Source: Styela clava (taxonomy: Eukaryota). Taken from it: 64,000 bases of DNA. Of this stretch, positions 12,432-26,981 are shown one piece after another. The notes beneath the pieces are model-generated. The model searched no databases, was not told the DNA's origin, and saw only the letters and a list, made by a program, of their open reading frames with translations. The stretch covers positions 18,600,001 through 18,664,000 of the forward strand of contig NC_135261.1 in the NCBI RefSeq assembly GCF_964204865.1, written 5' to 3'. Positions within the stretch are counted from its first letter, which is position 1, and every line of letters starts with the position of its first letter. Position numbers and translations under genes: made by a program.

Positions 12432-13402
12432 CTTTTTGTCGAAAATAAAATAAAAAATTGTACACCCTGGAATATACATTCTGGAATTTCTTTTTCGCCA
12501 AATTTGACTTATGTGCCTGTTAGAAAATAGCTTATATAAATAAAATTTTGTTATGTTAGAGGTATTAAAAATGTACTGTTTGATAAATTAAACATATAAA
12601 TGTGTGAGTAATAAATTCATCAACTAAATAGAATTGTCGTAATATAATTCGCCTAATTCAATGTCGCATGATGAAAATGAAAAGTTTAGAAGAGGGATAA
12701 CAGACTCGAAAAAGTTTTATATAGACGCTTGGTATCAGTTAGATATGTACAAAATGTAGTTTTAGCAACATGTTTTGAGCCTTCAATTTGAGTTGTTTAC
12801 GTTGACTGCTCAGAAAAATGTTTTTCGCATTTCGTTATGTTTTCCATAGCCTTCTGTTCAGAGCAACAAATCGCCTTTCTTTTTATTCTCTTACACGAAG
12901 TATACGTATACATCGTTTGGGTTTTATGCCATTGTTGTTGTTAGAATTCTTTTTCTTGTTGTTCTTATGAAAAAATTGGTTTTCTCTTTATTTACTAGAC
13001 CAACTGCTTTAAAATTCATTTTCATTGCGTAAAAATTGGATTGGTCGTTAGAAGGCAATTACCATTTTTTATTCTTTAAAAACTTCCTGGAGGCTCTATG
13101 GGATCATATCAATAATATAAATACGACTCCAAGCCAATATCTCCTTTGTTTGTGGTGCGTAGCAGTTAAGGACAAATAGTTTGTATTGCCACCTTAGCTG
13201 GGCGTGAAAGTTAGCAGGAAAATTTATGCTTATCGTATACCCAGCTTTTGATAATCACATCACATAGCACACAGTTTTTTAGATCCTCGAATCTAAATTA
13301 CTGTATTTTTGTATTACAACCCTATCTTATGTATTCATGTAATTGTGTCCCGATTAAAAGTAGTGTCGAATTATGCAAGATGATTGCTGGATTAGCTTTG
13401 TT

Positions 13403-13582
13403 CCGTGCGGAGATTCAGCCGGTTTGTACCGGTTCTATAGAACCGTCTCACGGAATTTTTTGAGATCAGCGAACCGGTTGGAATTGCTGGTGATTGTCAA
13501 TGACTTTTTGTAACAGAACCGGCTGAAAAAATATGACTTTTGTGATAGAACCGGTTGACAAAAGATTTGAATCCCACCACTG
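13403..13582. mobile_element. hAT-type MITE
   Basis: Right end GAATCCCACCACTG, degenerate left end CCGTGCGGAGATTCA, internal ACCGGTT repeats, 8-bp flanks GCTTTGTT/GCTTTGCT. Confidence 0.6.
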
Positions 13583-14829
13583 GCTTTGCTATACCCTGTA
13601 GTCGTGCGTTGAAACTCAATAATAGTGAAAAGAGGATGCTTTGGGGGAAATGACTAAACTGGTCGTCATAAGGCGGTTAGATCTGCTGCAATTTTTATTT
13701 TTTTAGAAGTCGTCGCTAAAAAGGATCTAGATGATTGGGATTCAAAAATAATTTGTGACTTACAAATAGTATACGCAACGAATATGGAATCGACATGCAT
13801 ATGCAGGGAGCCATCAAAACTGCATTGTCCAACGGTACTTTGGATCGTCAAATTGACTGTCCCAATCGAATTCCAAGTGTATTTGACGTTACACAGGATG
13901 TTTGTCAAATAAATTTCGAAACAAACTCAACATGCGAGCATGCAATTCCAAGATGTAAGCATTTAACAACTCCTTAAAAATTTAATTTTATGGCAGTCAA
14001 GTTGCACGCCTGCTTCGGGAACATATTTTCTAAGAAGCAAATCACCAAGCAGACCCCCCGAAGGTGTCCGAGTGGCCCGCGCGATCATATTTGAAGCCCG
14101 ATGTCTTCCACAAATCTGAGCGACTATTGAAACCTCTTATTTCTCTCGTTCCTTCCTTAGGCAAGTACACACTGTGTTTAATGTGCTCATATAAAATAGT
14201 ATTACACTTTTTACATTTGATCTTCAAGGGTTTCATACATAGCTGAAACAAGAATATACGGCCTATCGACAACTTTTATTAAGCACTACAGTCTATTTAC
14301 TATCTAACTACATAAACGTTGTTTCTCCTAAATCCTAGAGTTTTCACCACTAACAAGTAGAGATGAAATCGTTTTTGCAAACATTAAAAATGACAAATTC
14401 ATGCCAGAGGGACGTGTTTGATAACTGAAGAAATGATTCTACTTATTCCTTTGCGCTCAAAGAATTAGACTGAAAATAATTCGACCTACGAATCGTTATG
14501 ATGTTTTCATGCTCTACTATCTATAAAAAATATTCAATGTTATTATTATTTAGCCTGACGGTAGTGTATTGCACAATATGAACATTTTCCACACATGAGT
14601 TAAACAAAAAATACGAAGATATATGCTGTTTTCATGACGTGTACTTGCTGATTATATAGATTCTAAAATTTATGTCAATAAAAATGCGGATTACTTTTCC
14701 CACAACTATTCGGCGTGTTTGATTGTGTATGTGTATATAAAATAGCGCGCGTATTTGCATGTTTCCAGCCTGAATTTTTGCAATCTTTCGCGAAAAAATG
14801 AAAATCAATTTATCTATATACTACACCCA

Positions 14830-17800
14830 AATCCCATACCAGAAGTGCAAATTGAAGAAAGTCGGCAATTTAATTAATAAGCACCGTGCTATTTTGGTCC
14901 AACCATCACGTGAGTCGATGACGATATGAACAGATTATGACGTTATAGAAAACGCGGGAGATTTGAATTCGTTTCCAGCATACGGGCGTACTATCCGCAG
15001 TTTATTTATACCCTATCATGAGAGTGTCGTTTTAAAAACCAAAACAAGGATTCGAATAAATTGAAGCTAAAGATATTCTATTTATAGATAGCTCTTTTCA
15101 ATCAAATATTGTGGGTCTATTTTAGGACATTTTAGCGCGGGTTTTGGTGCAAATTTCTAACTAGCATTTCAACTATATATTTTTGGAGTGATATTTCTTA
15201 TTGGTTAATTCAAACTTTTAAATTTCGTTTCGTGTATAATTTATTATGATTTCACACGAGATATCTATAGTGGACTTAATGGCAAGCGAATACGACTATT
15301 GCTAAAATTAGTATAGTGACAGCGTTGTATTAATTAGTCGAATAAACGAAAGTCAACGCCATACTTATTTTTAAAATATGTTTTAACATTACTAAGGTTA
15401 TCACACACCATTTTCGATCACCTATACTCATTTCATCGATCCGACACCATTGCAGGTCTGCCATAAATTAGACAAACAACAGAATTGTTCGACTATACTG
15501 AGAAACCCCGACATCGTATTCAAGAGGTCATTGGTAACATATAATAAATGTAAACAAAAAGTGCGTGCATGTTATTTTTGTACACTCATTTACGGTTTTT
15601 ATTTACGAAACTCTAGCAAACGTTATTGTATAAAGTTTACTAATTGGTTCCTTCAGTATGACTCCTAAACATTGCACGCAATGTTAACAAAATATTCTTA
15701 TTGGTTAGTTTGATAACCCTCGAATATTCAATCACGACGAAATAACTTGAACTAATCTTGATTAGCTTGGAGACGCGTTTACAACTAAATGGAACCATCT
15801 TGACGTCAAAAAATATTTTATACCAGGTTTTAAATTTAAACACAATCTTATAGTCTGGGAAACGTATTTTTATAAATGAAAAAAAAAATACATAAGTAAG
15901 TCGAGAATTTAAATATTGTGCACCGTGATATTTTAGATCAACACCAGTGAGTCGACGATGATATGAACGGATCATGAAGTAAATAAAAACTTGGGAGATT
16001 TAAATTCGTTTGCAGCATACAGGCGTACGACCCTCAATTTAATTATGGCTTTTTATCAGAATTTCATTTTGAAAACCAAAACAAAGAGTCGAATCAATTA
16101 GGCTAAGGCTATTCTATTTATGGATAGTTATTTTCGATCAAATAGGTGGGTCTATTTTAAGACATATTACCGGCGTGTTTTTGTGAATATTTCTAACTAG
16201 CATTTCAACTATATATTTTTGGAGTGGTATAGTCACTATACTGAGAAACTCTGACACCGTATTCAGGGGGTCATTGATAAAATATAATAATATAATGAAG
16301 TAAACAAAAATGTACGTACATGTTATTTTTGTACACTTTTACGCTTTTCTTTGCGAAACTCTATCAAAAGTTATTTTAAAAAGTTCTCTGTTTGGCTCTT
16401 TTGGGATGAGTAATTAACAAAATGGCGGTGCTTTATTTCAACATCTTTTTCTAAATATATCAGACAAACAGGATAAAAATTTCAATCCATTAAATTTATT
16501 ACTTAGTTTACAAAGCTAAATTTAGCCATTATTATTGGTTAGGTTGATAACTTTCGAATATTCAAACACAAAACAAGATAATTTGAGCTAATCTTGATCA
16601 GCTTGGAGATGTGTTTGAATATAGATCCATCTTGACGTCATGGAAATATTTAATATCAAGTTTCGAATGTAAACACAGCATCAAAACAAGAGTTGATTTA
16701 CTACACTGGAATTCACTACCGAAACTGCATATTGAAGTAACTCGACAATTTAATTATGATGAACCCTCATATTTCGGTCCAAAATCACATGAGTCGATGT
16801 CGATATGAGCAGCGGATCATGACGTAAATAAAAGCGCGGAAGATTTAAATTCGTTTGCAGCATACAGGCGTTCTACCCGTAGTTTAATTATAGTTTATAT
16901 CATAGTATAGTTTAAAAATCAAAACAAGAATGCGAAGTAATTAAAGTTATTCTATTCATAGATAGTTGTTTATAATCAAATGTGCTGTCTTATTTAAGAC
17001 ATATTAGTGGCGTATTAGTATCGGTGAATTTCTGTTCTGATGTTTCCTATTGGTGAAATCAAACTTTAAATTTTTTTCCCTTGTATATGATCGCTATAAA
17101 AGATATCAACGTTGTATTCATGAGTAAAATATTTATTTTAAAATAAAATGTTGTATCATTACTAAGATTATCACACACCATTTTTGATAAGTATATCTGG
17201 TTATATATCATATGTACTGCATATTATATTTACAGTCATGTATATTTCACCATCGTGATCGCAAAAACTGTGATTCGGATTTTTATATATGCATGCAAAT
17301 TTAATTGTGACCACCAGGCCATATAAAATGAACAAAACAAAAATGAATTACTAAGTACAAATGAAGCCAGGGTAAACACAAGTGAAATTTTGGATAAAAT
17401 ATCGCCTTCGACGACCAAAAAACTATAAAAGCAATAGCATTGTAGCGGCCTTTCCCATCTTCAAGAACGGAAAACCTGAAGTAATTAGGTAGAAAAGAAA
17501 ACGATTAATTTCACATAAAAGGTGACAAAAAATGTGATATTCATATTGGCTTCAAAAAACTGAGTGGACACTCATTTAAATTTATTGACCCGACACCATT
17601 GCCTTAAATCAGACAAACAACAGAATTGTTCGACGCTATTGAGAAACCCTGACATTGTATTCAAAAAACATTCGTAAGATATAATAAAGTAAACAAAATG
17701 TGCGTGCATGCTATTTTGGTACACTCTGACGCTTTTCTTTACGAAACTCTAGCTAAAGTTATTTTAAAAAGTTTTCTCATTAGCTCTTTCATTATGACAA

Positions 17801-18130
17801 TGCTAACAAAATGGCGACGCTATATCATTTCAATAACATTTTTCAAATATATCAGACAAATAAAATTTCAAACCGCTAAATGTACTACTTAGTTTAAATT
17901 TAGCTATTCTTTGTTATTGGTTAGTTTGATAACTCTCGAATATTCAAACACAAAACGAGATAAATAAAGCTGACCTTGATGTAAAAAGAACCATCCTGAC
18001 GTCATCGTGATAACATTTAGGACCAAGTTTTTCAACGTGAACACAAACTAATATAAATTCTACGAAATGTATTGATATAAATGAAAAGAAAAAATACATT
18101 TATTTTGGGCAACAAAACAAGTGTTGATTT
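14830..18130 (+). repeat. Degenerate tandem array (3 units) upstream of gene B1
   Basis: The same markers occur at ~14905, 15945 and 16785; perfect TGACGTCA at ~15801, 16634 and 17997. Confidence 0.85.
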
Positions 18131-18132
18131 AG

Positions 18133-18168
18133 TATAAATTAGGTCACTTGTGCACACTTGTTATCAGT
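18133..18168 (+). promoter_or_regulatory. Core promoter of B1
   Basis: TATAAAT at 18133, TGCACAC at 18151, TCAGT at 18164. Confidence 0.7.
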
Positions 18169-18299
18169 TGATAAACGACAGTGAAAAAGCGATTGTACTC
18201 AATTGTTAAATCGTATTTTTATTGATTTGCTCGGTTGAAAAAAAACTCGTATGTCGACAGCTATTTGTGATAAACTCAAAAATACAATATTCTGAAATA

Positions 18300-21200
18300 A
18301 TGAAGATACTGGCTGCTTTGTGCTGTTTCGTGGTCGTAGGTAAGATAAATTTTTAAATAAGTTATCATATTGTTTTAAATATAATAAGCAAAATTCAAAT
18401 TCATACGACTATAACGACTATATAAATATCCAAATATTCCAATAATTCAAAGAATCAAAAGCTCATTACTTAAAAAGTTTAGTATTAGTGTCATGCCTTT
18501 CCAATTTTAAAAAAAGAATCCTATTGAAAATGCAGTTGATTAAGGATTTTGAGTTTTGTACATGGCTAGTTCCAACAAGTATAATAGAAAACTTTAATAT
18601 TTATCTTCTTCTCAGTATCTTCATATGGTGGAGAGAGGAGACAATATACTCAATTGGGAATAGGAAACAGAGGTATTTACTTTTGTGTTTTATTTGTCAG
18701 AAATAGTAACGAAAGAAAAGGAATTCAACATAATAATTAATGCTTCTTTATCAGCGATTTCTGTACCAAATTTCTATTGGTTCAAAAACAACAATCATAT
18801 TCTTGACGTGGAATTGATTACATGATAATGACGCTAAATATATTTGTTCAAAAGATAACGTTGGACCAAAATCATTTGGATACGGCCTTAGACGAGAAGC
18901 ATACGGATGGAGAACAAGTAAACCAGTTTTGTTCATGCGTAAACGTATACAAGAAAGAGCAAGATCCGCACCGAAAATACCAATCCCCTATCGACCAAAT
19001 CTGTTTAAACGTTCTCCCCCAGGCATTATGATCAAAAAACAGGATAAACCATAACCAATATGGCAGCGAGCTGTAAAAATTCTTTTCGGCATGAATAGCA
19101 ACAAATACCGACCGAGACCATTTGGTATTCCTGGGAATGATGACAAAAGTAGACTTGGACCATTTTGGCGCCGAGTAGATGTTGATAGAAAACCCTGGCC
19201 ATTTGGACGTCGTGGAGATGAAGGCAGACTAGGGCCTTTTAGGCGACCAGGAGATGGCGATGGTGATAGACCTGGACCCCTTCGACGTAGAGAATATGGT
19301 GATAGAGATAGACCTGGATCTTTCTGGCGTAGAGGAGATGGTGATAAAAATGGACCTGGACCTTCCGGGCGTAGAAGAGATGATGATGGAAATAGACCTG
19401 GACCTTTCGGTGGTAGAGGAGATGGTGATGGAAATAGACCTGGACCTTTCGGGCGTATAGGAGATGGTGATAGAAATAGACCTGGACCTTTCGGGCGTAT
19501 AGGAGATGGTGATAGAAATAGACCTGGACCTTTCGGGCGTATAGGAGATGGTGATAGAAATAGACCTGGACCTTTCGGGCGTAAAGGAGATGGTGATGGA
19601 AATAGACCTGGACCTTTCGGGCGTATAGGAGATAGTGATAGAAATAGACCTGGACCTTTCGGGCGTATAGGAGATGGTGATAGAAATAGACCTGGACCTT
19701 TCGGGCGTATAGGAGATGGTGATGGAAATAGACCTGGACCTTTCGGGCGTATAGGAGATGGTGATAGAAATAGACCCGGACCTTTCGGGCGTATAGGAGA
19801 TGGTGATAGAAATAGACCCGGATCTTTCGGGCGTATAGGAGATGGTGATGAAAATAGACCTGGACCTTTCGGGCGTAGAGAAGATGATGATGGAAATAGA
19901 CCTGGACCTTTCGGGCGTAGAGGAGATAATGATGGAAATAGACCTGGACCTTTCGGGCGTAGAGAAGATGATGATGGAAATAGACCTGGACCTTTCGGGC
20001 GTAGAGGAGATGATGATGGAAATAGACCTGGACCTTTCGGGCGTAGAGGAGATGATGATAGAAATAGACCTGGACCTTACGGGAGTAGAGGAGATGATGA
20101 TGGAAATAGACCTGGACCTTTCGGACGTAGAGGAGATGATGATGGAGATAGACCTGGACCTTTCGGTCGTAGAGGAGATGGCGATGGAAATAGACCTGGA
20201 CCTTTCGGTCGTAGAGGAGATGGTGATGGAAATAGACCTGGACCTTTCGGTCGTAGAGGAGATGATGATGGAGATAGACCCGGACCTTTCGGTCGTAGAG
20301 GAGATGATGATGGAGATAGACCTGAACTTTTTGGGCGTAGAGGAGGTGGTGATGGAAATAGACCTGGACCTTTCGGTCGTAGAGGAAATGGTGATGGAAA
20401 TAGACCTGGACCTTTTGGACGAAGAGAAGATGGTGCTAGACCTGGATCTTTTGGACGTAGTGGAGATGGTGATGGAGGTAGACCTGGACCTTTTGGACGT
20501 AGTGGAGATGGTGATGGAGATAGAACTGGATCTTTTGGACGTAGAGGAAGTGGTGACAGAGATAGACCTGATATTTCCGGGCGTAGAGGATATGGTGATA
20601 GATATAGACCTGGACCTTTTAGGCCCAGAGGGGATGATGATGGAAAGAACTTTGGAAACATTATGATGAGAATTCTGAAAGTGATACATAAAACCTTCGG
20701 AAAAAAAGAAAATGTTGAAGAAACAAATAACAAAAAATGCAAAAAGCAATGTGAAGCAAAGGAAAATTGCTTTGGAAGAAAAGATTTTGAAAAAATGATG
20801 ATGCTGTCGCCCAAACATTGCAAAGCATGCATGATGAAAGAATGCCAATTTAATATGGGTATAATTTTTTATCACAAACTTGAATATTTTTATATTTCAA
20901 TACTATGCTGAAACTTCTTTCACTTTAGAATCAAACTTAAATAATAAGTTAGAGAATACTTGTTTATTGAATATAAAACTCATCAGTAAGTTTCAAATAA
21001 TCGGTTCCAATTTCGGTATGACTTCCGTAATGTTGTGTATGCCAAACAAAATGTTAACAACGTTAATGTTCTATTTTTTCATATGTTCCAGATCGTAAAT
21101 GTTTCATGGATGCTCACAAGAAATGTGACAACATTTGCCCAGTATTATCACAAGAGAAAGTCGAGAATAAAACGTCCTTTTGTAAAACATGCATTGAAAA

Positions 21201-22007
21201 ATGTGAAGCAGAAAGTAAGTAATTGGTTGTAATATTCTTTTTTCTATTATAATAGAATGAATAACACATTCAACTTATTTGCCGTTTTACAATTTTATAG
21301 CAGGAAATATAATTCTTTTTGCATATTTAATCAAATTGTGAGTTTGAACAGATCTAATTCATTTCTATTTTCAGTTAATAAGAAACAAGAAAACTGTCTA
21401 ACTTTTTTTAAGTAGGCTATTCACGAGGAATACGTAAATTATCAAATTTCTTCACCAGAGTTCAATGTCCATGAAATATATATGTTATTTATAACCCTAA
21501 ATGCAAATGTACCATGTAACCTCTTTCAGAAGTGGTACATATAAAATACATCACCGAAAAATCCAGAACTTGTAGAAATTATAAATTAAGCATAACCAAT
21601 TGAACGTACTTTGGATATTGCGGTTGGCAAAAATTGTTCAGATTCATAACGATAAAATGTTTACTTTGTTTATGCAATCCTGAGCAGACGAACTTACCTA
21701 TGGCAATGACGGAAAAGCATTTGTTTATATAATAAATAGGTATAAAAATATGTAATGATCCCATATTAACAAAATTATTTTGTGCAAAGAGGTCAATGAA
21801 GACGATGATGACATGCCGGAGGATGAAGATACAATCGACGATATCTCAAAAAAGGAAGATCTAGAAGATGATAGCCATGATGGAAATGATGAAACCGCAA
21901 GTGAAATAGAAGTTAGCGATGAAGATGAAGTTGGAAATGATGAGATGACTTCTGATGATATAATGTCAACTACGGGTGGTGATATGGCATCGGATTCTGA
22001 TGAATAA
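18300..22007 (+). pseudogene. Gene B1: paralog with premature stop in exon 3
   Basis: Exons 18300-18339, 18616-18672, 18855-20858, 21092-21214, 21790-22007. In-frame TAA at 19052-19054 where B2 has GAA; the rest of the frame is open. Confidence 0.82.
19180..20645 (+). repeat. Coding 42-bp minisatellite in B1 exon 3
   Basis: Over 30 units of GGAGATGxTGATGGAAATAGACCTGGACCTTTCGGxCGTA(G/T)A; a 5' block of nine units reads GRI instead of GRR. Confidence 0.92.
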
Positions 22008-24419
22008 TAATTCCGATTCAGCGACGAACGTTTTCTCTCTGGAACAGTTTTAAAATATTCAAATATATCTAAAATTGTTATGTAAACTACCTAAAAAGGT
22101 TGGAGCATTAATGTGTTGAGAAAATGTGCTAATAAAACCGTATAACCAATGACCTAAAAGATTATTTCGAAATTTTTATGCTGTTGCTACAGTCGGATAG
22201 AACAATTCAGCACCAAGAAATATGTACTATAAATCATAATTTCGTTAGGTAACTTCCACAAAGAGTGAGTGACATCTTGTCAGATTTTTCTTTCAAGTAG
22301 ACTCACGACCAAGGTCGTAGCCTGACCAAAATTTGTGATTCGAATTTTAATTAGAAGCTTAACACGGTCTACGATATCACCCCCTGAAAAATAAAACGGC
22401 ACGATTAGCTTCGAGTCAAGTCAATTTAAAAACTTTAAATCTCATCATTAAAATAAATTCAATTCATAGTGTTTTTCGTAACATAAAACAAATTATCATA
22501 ACATCAACCTGACTACATGAGGAACTACCCACACAAGTTCATTCGTCGCTTTCGCAGGTTGAGATAGTAGCCTAACTTTGAAATTGATATTATCGTCGTT
22601 GATCGGCTTTCAGGATGACAATGAAGAATGAATACATTGCTGAACGCAATAATGACTTGATCCGTTTCAAGCAAATCTAGCTAAAAACGCATAAGTCATA
22701 GAACAAAAAAAAAGAAAATTTAATTCGTGCGTTGAACCTTGTGTTCATGCAAGTAGGTGTCAACTGTGCCATTGCCTAAGTGTTGGTGTATGCTGAGAAA
22801 ATGACGTGCGAGAGTCTCACTGCAAATGGCGCAATTTCGCATACGCAGAATATCAAATATTTTTGCAACAAGCACTCATGTTGGGGACTGGATAGCACTA
22901 TGAAATTTCTTTGGTTTTATTCTGGTCCTATCTTTTGTCATACGTATATGACTCTCAACATGATGGATTATTGCACGATATACATGTACATGACTGCTAC
23001 TCAGACTAGATCCCAGGAAGAATTCCCATAGCCGGCGTTGAAGAATGATACTGAGAGAACGATATATATATATATCATCAAATTGTTTGCCTAATGCAGA
23101 TAGTTTCTTTTGTAATATTTGTATTGTCCAAGATGTCCATCACATGCACTCCCGAATTAAGCCATATTTTTTTAAATAAAATTGAAAATTTAAGTTGAGT
23201 TTAGGAAAGAAGAATGTTGGACATGAAATAACATATGGCGCAATTACAACTAATCTTTGATTGAGAGACCAATTATTCCATTTCAAATTTCTAACCTATT
23301 AAATTAAAGGGGTTAGTGACTAAGTTAGTTGTCTGGGTGCGTCTCTAAAATCGAGACTCATTTTGGGTAACGTTGGGCTACCTACCCAGTGCACTTGCTT
23401 ATCGATGAGGTTTGTTGAAAATAGTAAATTAAATAAATCATAAATTCGTTGTTGCTTAGATTAATTAGTATAGCTAAAAAATATTTTGGACATCAATTAC
23501 TATCCCGAATAAAAAATAATATATACAAATATCAGTCAAACCGATTTGATTCTGGAACGAGCTTTTGAAATTGAGCGAAAAAAAAATGAATATTAGTTCA
23601 AAAGTGAATGTCGAAGCCCTTGCCTAATGGTAAGATCGGCACTGGTGACAATGCAGATTCGAAATGAATATTCGGCACTTTTGCTTTTCGCTATTTACCG
23701 ACCCAATTGCTTTGAAAATTTCAGTGGTTAAAATTGTATTATTCGCTAGAAGGCTATGGGGTCTATGCGATTCGATTTCTTGTGTGGGAAGACGTCATCA
23801 AAATTAAAAATTGCGGCCCCCTTGGCGGTTCCGCAATCGCGTTAGTGGTCAAGCGACTGCGGTACAGTAATTCACTGTGACAGATTACATATACCCGTAC
23901 TAGTTCGTTTTGCTATTCGTGTCCATATTGGAGCATCGCCCTCTTGGTAAAAATTGTATTACTTCGTTTGCATATGATCTTCTGGAGTTTTATAAATAAC
24001 CAGAAAAAAAATGTACGCACACGACAAACATTCGCGTTCGAATAACGTTTATGCGCTATCGGCTATTTGATATTTAAAACAATTCAGATTGTATACAATA
24101 ACGTAGCTAACCGTTGACAATACTTGTGGGACATCCAATAGCAGAGACTTCGTTTCCCTACATTCGTAGCATTTTCGCCAATCTCAAATAGTGAGAAATT
24201 CGTTTTCGCAAAAATTCAAACGGAAGAAAAGATTCCACTTATGGTCTTATGCTAAAAGGATCTGTTTGTTTTACTTTTCAATGTAATTGCTGATTAACTG
24301 GTTTATAATATTTAGTTTGGCAAAATGTGCTATTCCTTCTGCCACGATTGACCCGCGTTTTTGAATTTGTATGCGTATATAAAATAGGTTATTTAAAAAT
24401 TTTCTTTCTACTTCACTCA

Positions 24420-26980
24420 AACCGTATACCAGAAGTTCGTGAAGATATGAAGCACCGTGCTATTTTTGACCGACATCACGTGAGTCAGTGACGATATGAA
24501 CGGATTATGACGCAAATAAAAACGCGGGAGGTTCGAATTCGTTTCCAGCAGACAGGCGTACTACCCGAAGTTTTATTATATATAACCTATCATCAGAGTG
24601 TCGTTTTAAAAACCTGACAAGTAATAAAATTAATTAAAGCTGTTCTATTTATAGATTTATTTTTACTTATTTATTTATAGCTATTTTTGCTCAAATGTGC
24701 TGGCCTATTTTAAGACATTTTTGTGGTGTGCTTTGGTGAGATTGCGTAACTTGGATTTAAACAAGGTTTTTGGAGCAATATTTCTTATTGATGAATTTGA
24801 ACTTTCAAATTTTGTTTCATGTATTTGATTACTATATTAGCTCTATCTCTCTAGTGGAATCTTAAGAGCAGGCGAATACAACTATGGCTAAAAAAAATAT
24901 AGTGTCAACGTTAGTGGAATAAAATAAAGTCAACTTCATACTCATTTTTAAAATATGTTGTATCATTACTAAGGTAATCACACACAATTTTTAATCTCAT
25001 GTGCCAGATTATACATGATATGTACTGCGCGCTATGTTTACAGTCATCCTCTGTCGTTAAGTGTTATGACTCCGAAATATTTGAGTCGGATTTAAATAAG
25101 CATGCATGCAATTCAATTCGTTCATTGATTCCGAACCATAAACCCATATAGAATTTGAAAAAATGAATAATTGAACGAATATTAAAAAGAAAGCCAGAGT
25201 GAAATGTAAGTAAAATTTTGGATTAAATATCGTCTACGACGATAAATCATTAAATCGGTCCGACACCATTGCAGATCTGCCTTGAATTAGACAAAGAACA
25301 GAATTGTTCGACTATACTGAGAAACTCTGACATCGTACTCAAGAGGTCATTGATAAAATATAATAAAACTAAACAATAAATGCGTTCATGTTATTTTTGT
25401 ACACTTTGACATTTTTCTTAGCGAAACTCTTTTCTTAGCGAAAGTTATTTTAAAAAGTTTTCTGATTGGCTCTTTCAGTATGAGTAATTAACAAAATGGC
25501 GGCGATATATCGTAATGGAATTTTCTAAATGTATATATCAGACAAATAAAATAAAATCACGTGAGTGGATGGCGATATGAACGGATCATGACGTAAACAA
25601 AAACGCGGGAGATTTGAATTCGTTTCCAGCCTACAGGCGTTCTACCTTTAGTCTGATTATTTATAACCTATCATTAGAGTGTCGTTTAAAAACCAAAAAA
25701 AAAATTTGAATTCAATGAAACTATTCTATTTATAGACAGTTAGTATCAATCGAATTTTCTGGCTTATTTAAGACATATTAGTGATGTGATTTGGTGAACT
25801 TCTGTAACTACCATGTTATTGATATATTTTTGGAGTGATATTGGTTTAATCAAACTTTCAGTTTTGTTTCGTGTATATGTTTACTACAATAGATATCTAT
25901 AGTGAACTTCTAATGGAAAGTCAATTCAACTATTGCTATATAACAAGTATAGTGTCAACATTGTATTCTTGAGTCCAATAAAATTAGGTTAACGTCATCT
26001 CTAAAATAGGTTGCATCATTATTAAAATTATCATACACCATTTTAATGTCGTATATCTTGGCATAAACATCATATGTACTGCATGCATTGTTTACAGTCA
26101 TGTATATATATATTTACCGTAGGCTTTATATAGCCTATGCATTCATATTCATTTGTTCCTTAATTTAGACCCATCAACCCATGTAAAATTAAGGGAACAA
26201 TAATGAATTACCGAATACAATTATGGCAGTCAGAAAAAATAAGTCAAAATTTGAATAAAAATTAGGCTGAGACGACCAAAAGTATGGAAGTAAAGGCTTT
26301 GCAGCGACTTTTTCTATCTTCAACTACTTGCAACTTATCATTAGGTCCATTAGTATAAAATGATTATTCTCACATAGAGCGGAACAAAAGAATGTGATGT
26401 CCGTGTTTGACGGAACCTTGTGGACACTTGATTAGACAAACAACAGAATTGTTCGACTATACTAAGAAACACTTCCATCGTATTCAAAGGGTAATTGGTA
26501 AAATATAATAAAAGTAAACAAAAAGTGCGTACATGGTATTTTTGTACACTATGACGCATTTCTTATCGAAATTCTGGCAAAAGTTATTTTAAACAGATTT
26601 TCTGATTGGCTCTTTCAGTATGAACAATTAACAAAATGGCGGTGCTATATATTAATAACATTTTTTAAATATATCAGATAAATAGAACTAAGACTTCAAT
26701 CCATTATATCTACTACTTAGTTTATAAAGATAAATTTAGCTATTCATTGTTATTGGTTAGTTTGATAACTCTCGAATATTCAAACACGAAACGAGATAAT
26801 TAAAGCTGATCTTGATCAGGTTCGGAAACGTGTTAAAATAGAACCAACCTGACGTCATCACGACAACATTGTAGACCAAGTTTTCAACGTGAACACAATC
26901 TGATATAAATTCTACAAAATGTATTTTTATGAATATAAAAAAATATTTTTATTTCAGGCAACAAAACAAGAGTTGATTTA
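24420..26980 (+). repeat. Degenerate tandem array (2 units) upstream of gene A2
   Basis: Marker CACGTGAGT..ATGACG..AAACGCGGGAG at ~24477 and 25558; TTAGACAAA.AACAGAATTGTTCGAC at ~25287 and 26432; TGACGTCA at ~26850. Confidence 0.85.
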
Positions 26981-26981
26981 G

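Noticed and set aside
13620-14280. Short ORFs conserved between the two duplication units
   Set aside because: Conservation simply reflects near-identical duplicated DNA; no domain or splice support, and some frames differ between copies.
19180-20645. Regular short repeats superficially like a CRISPR array
   Set aside because: Head-to-tail coding minisatellite without unique spacers, in a spliced eukaryotic gene, with no cas genes.
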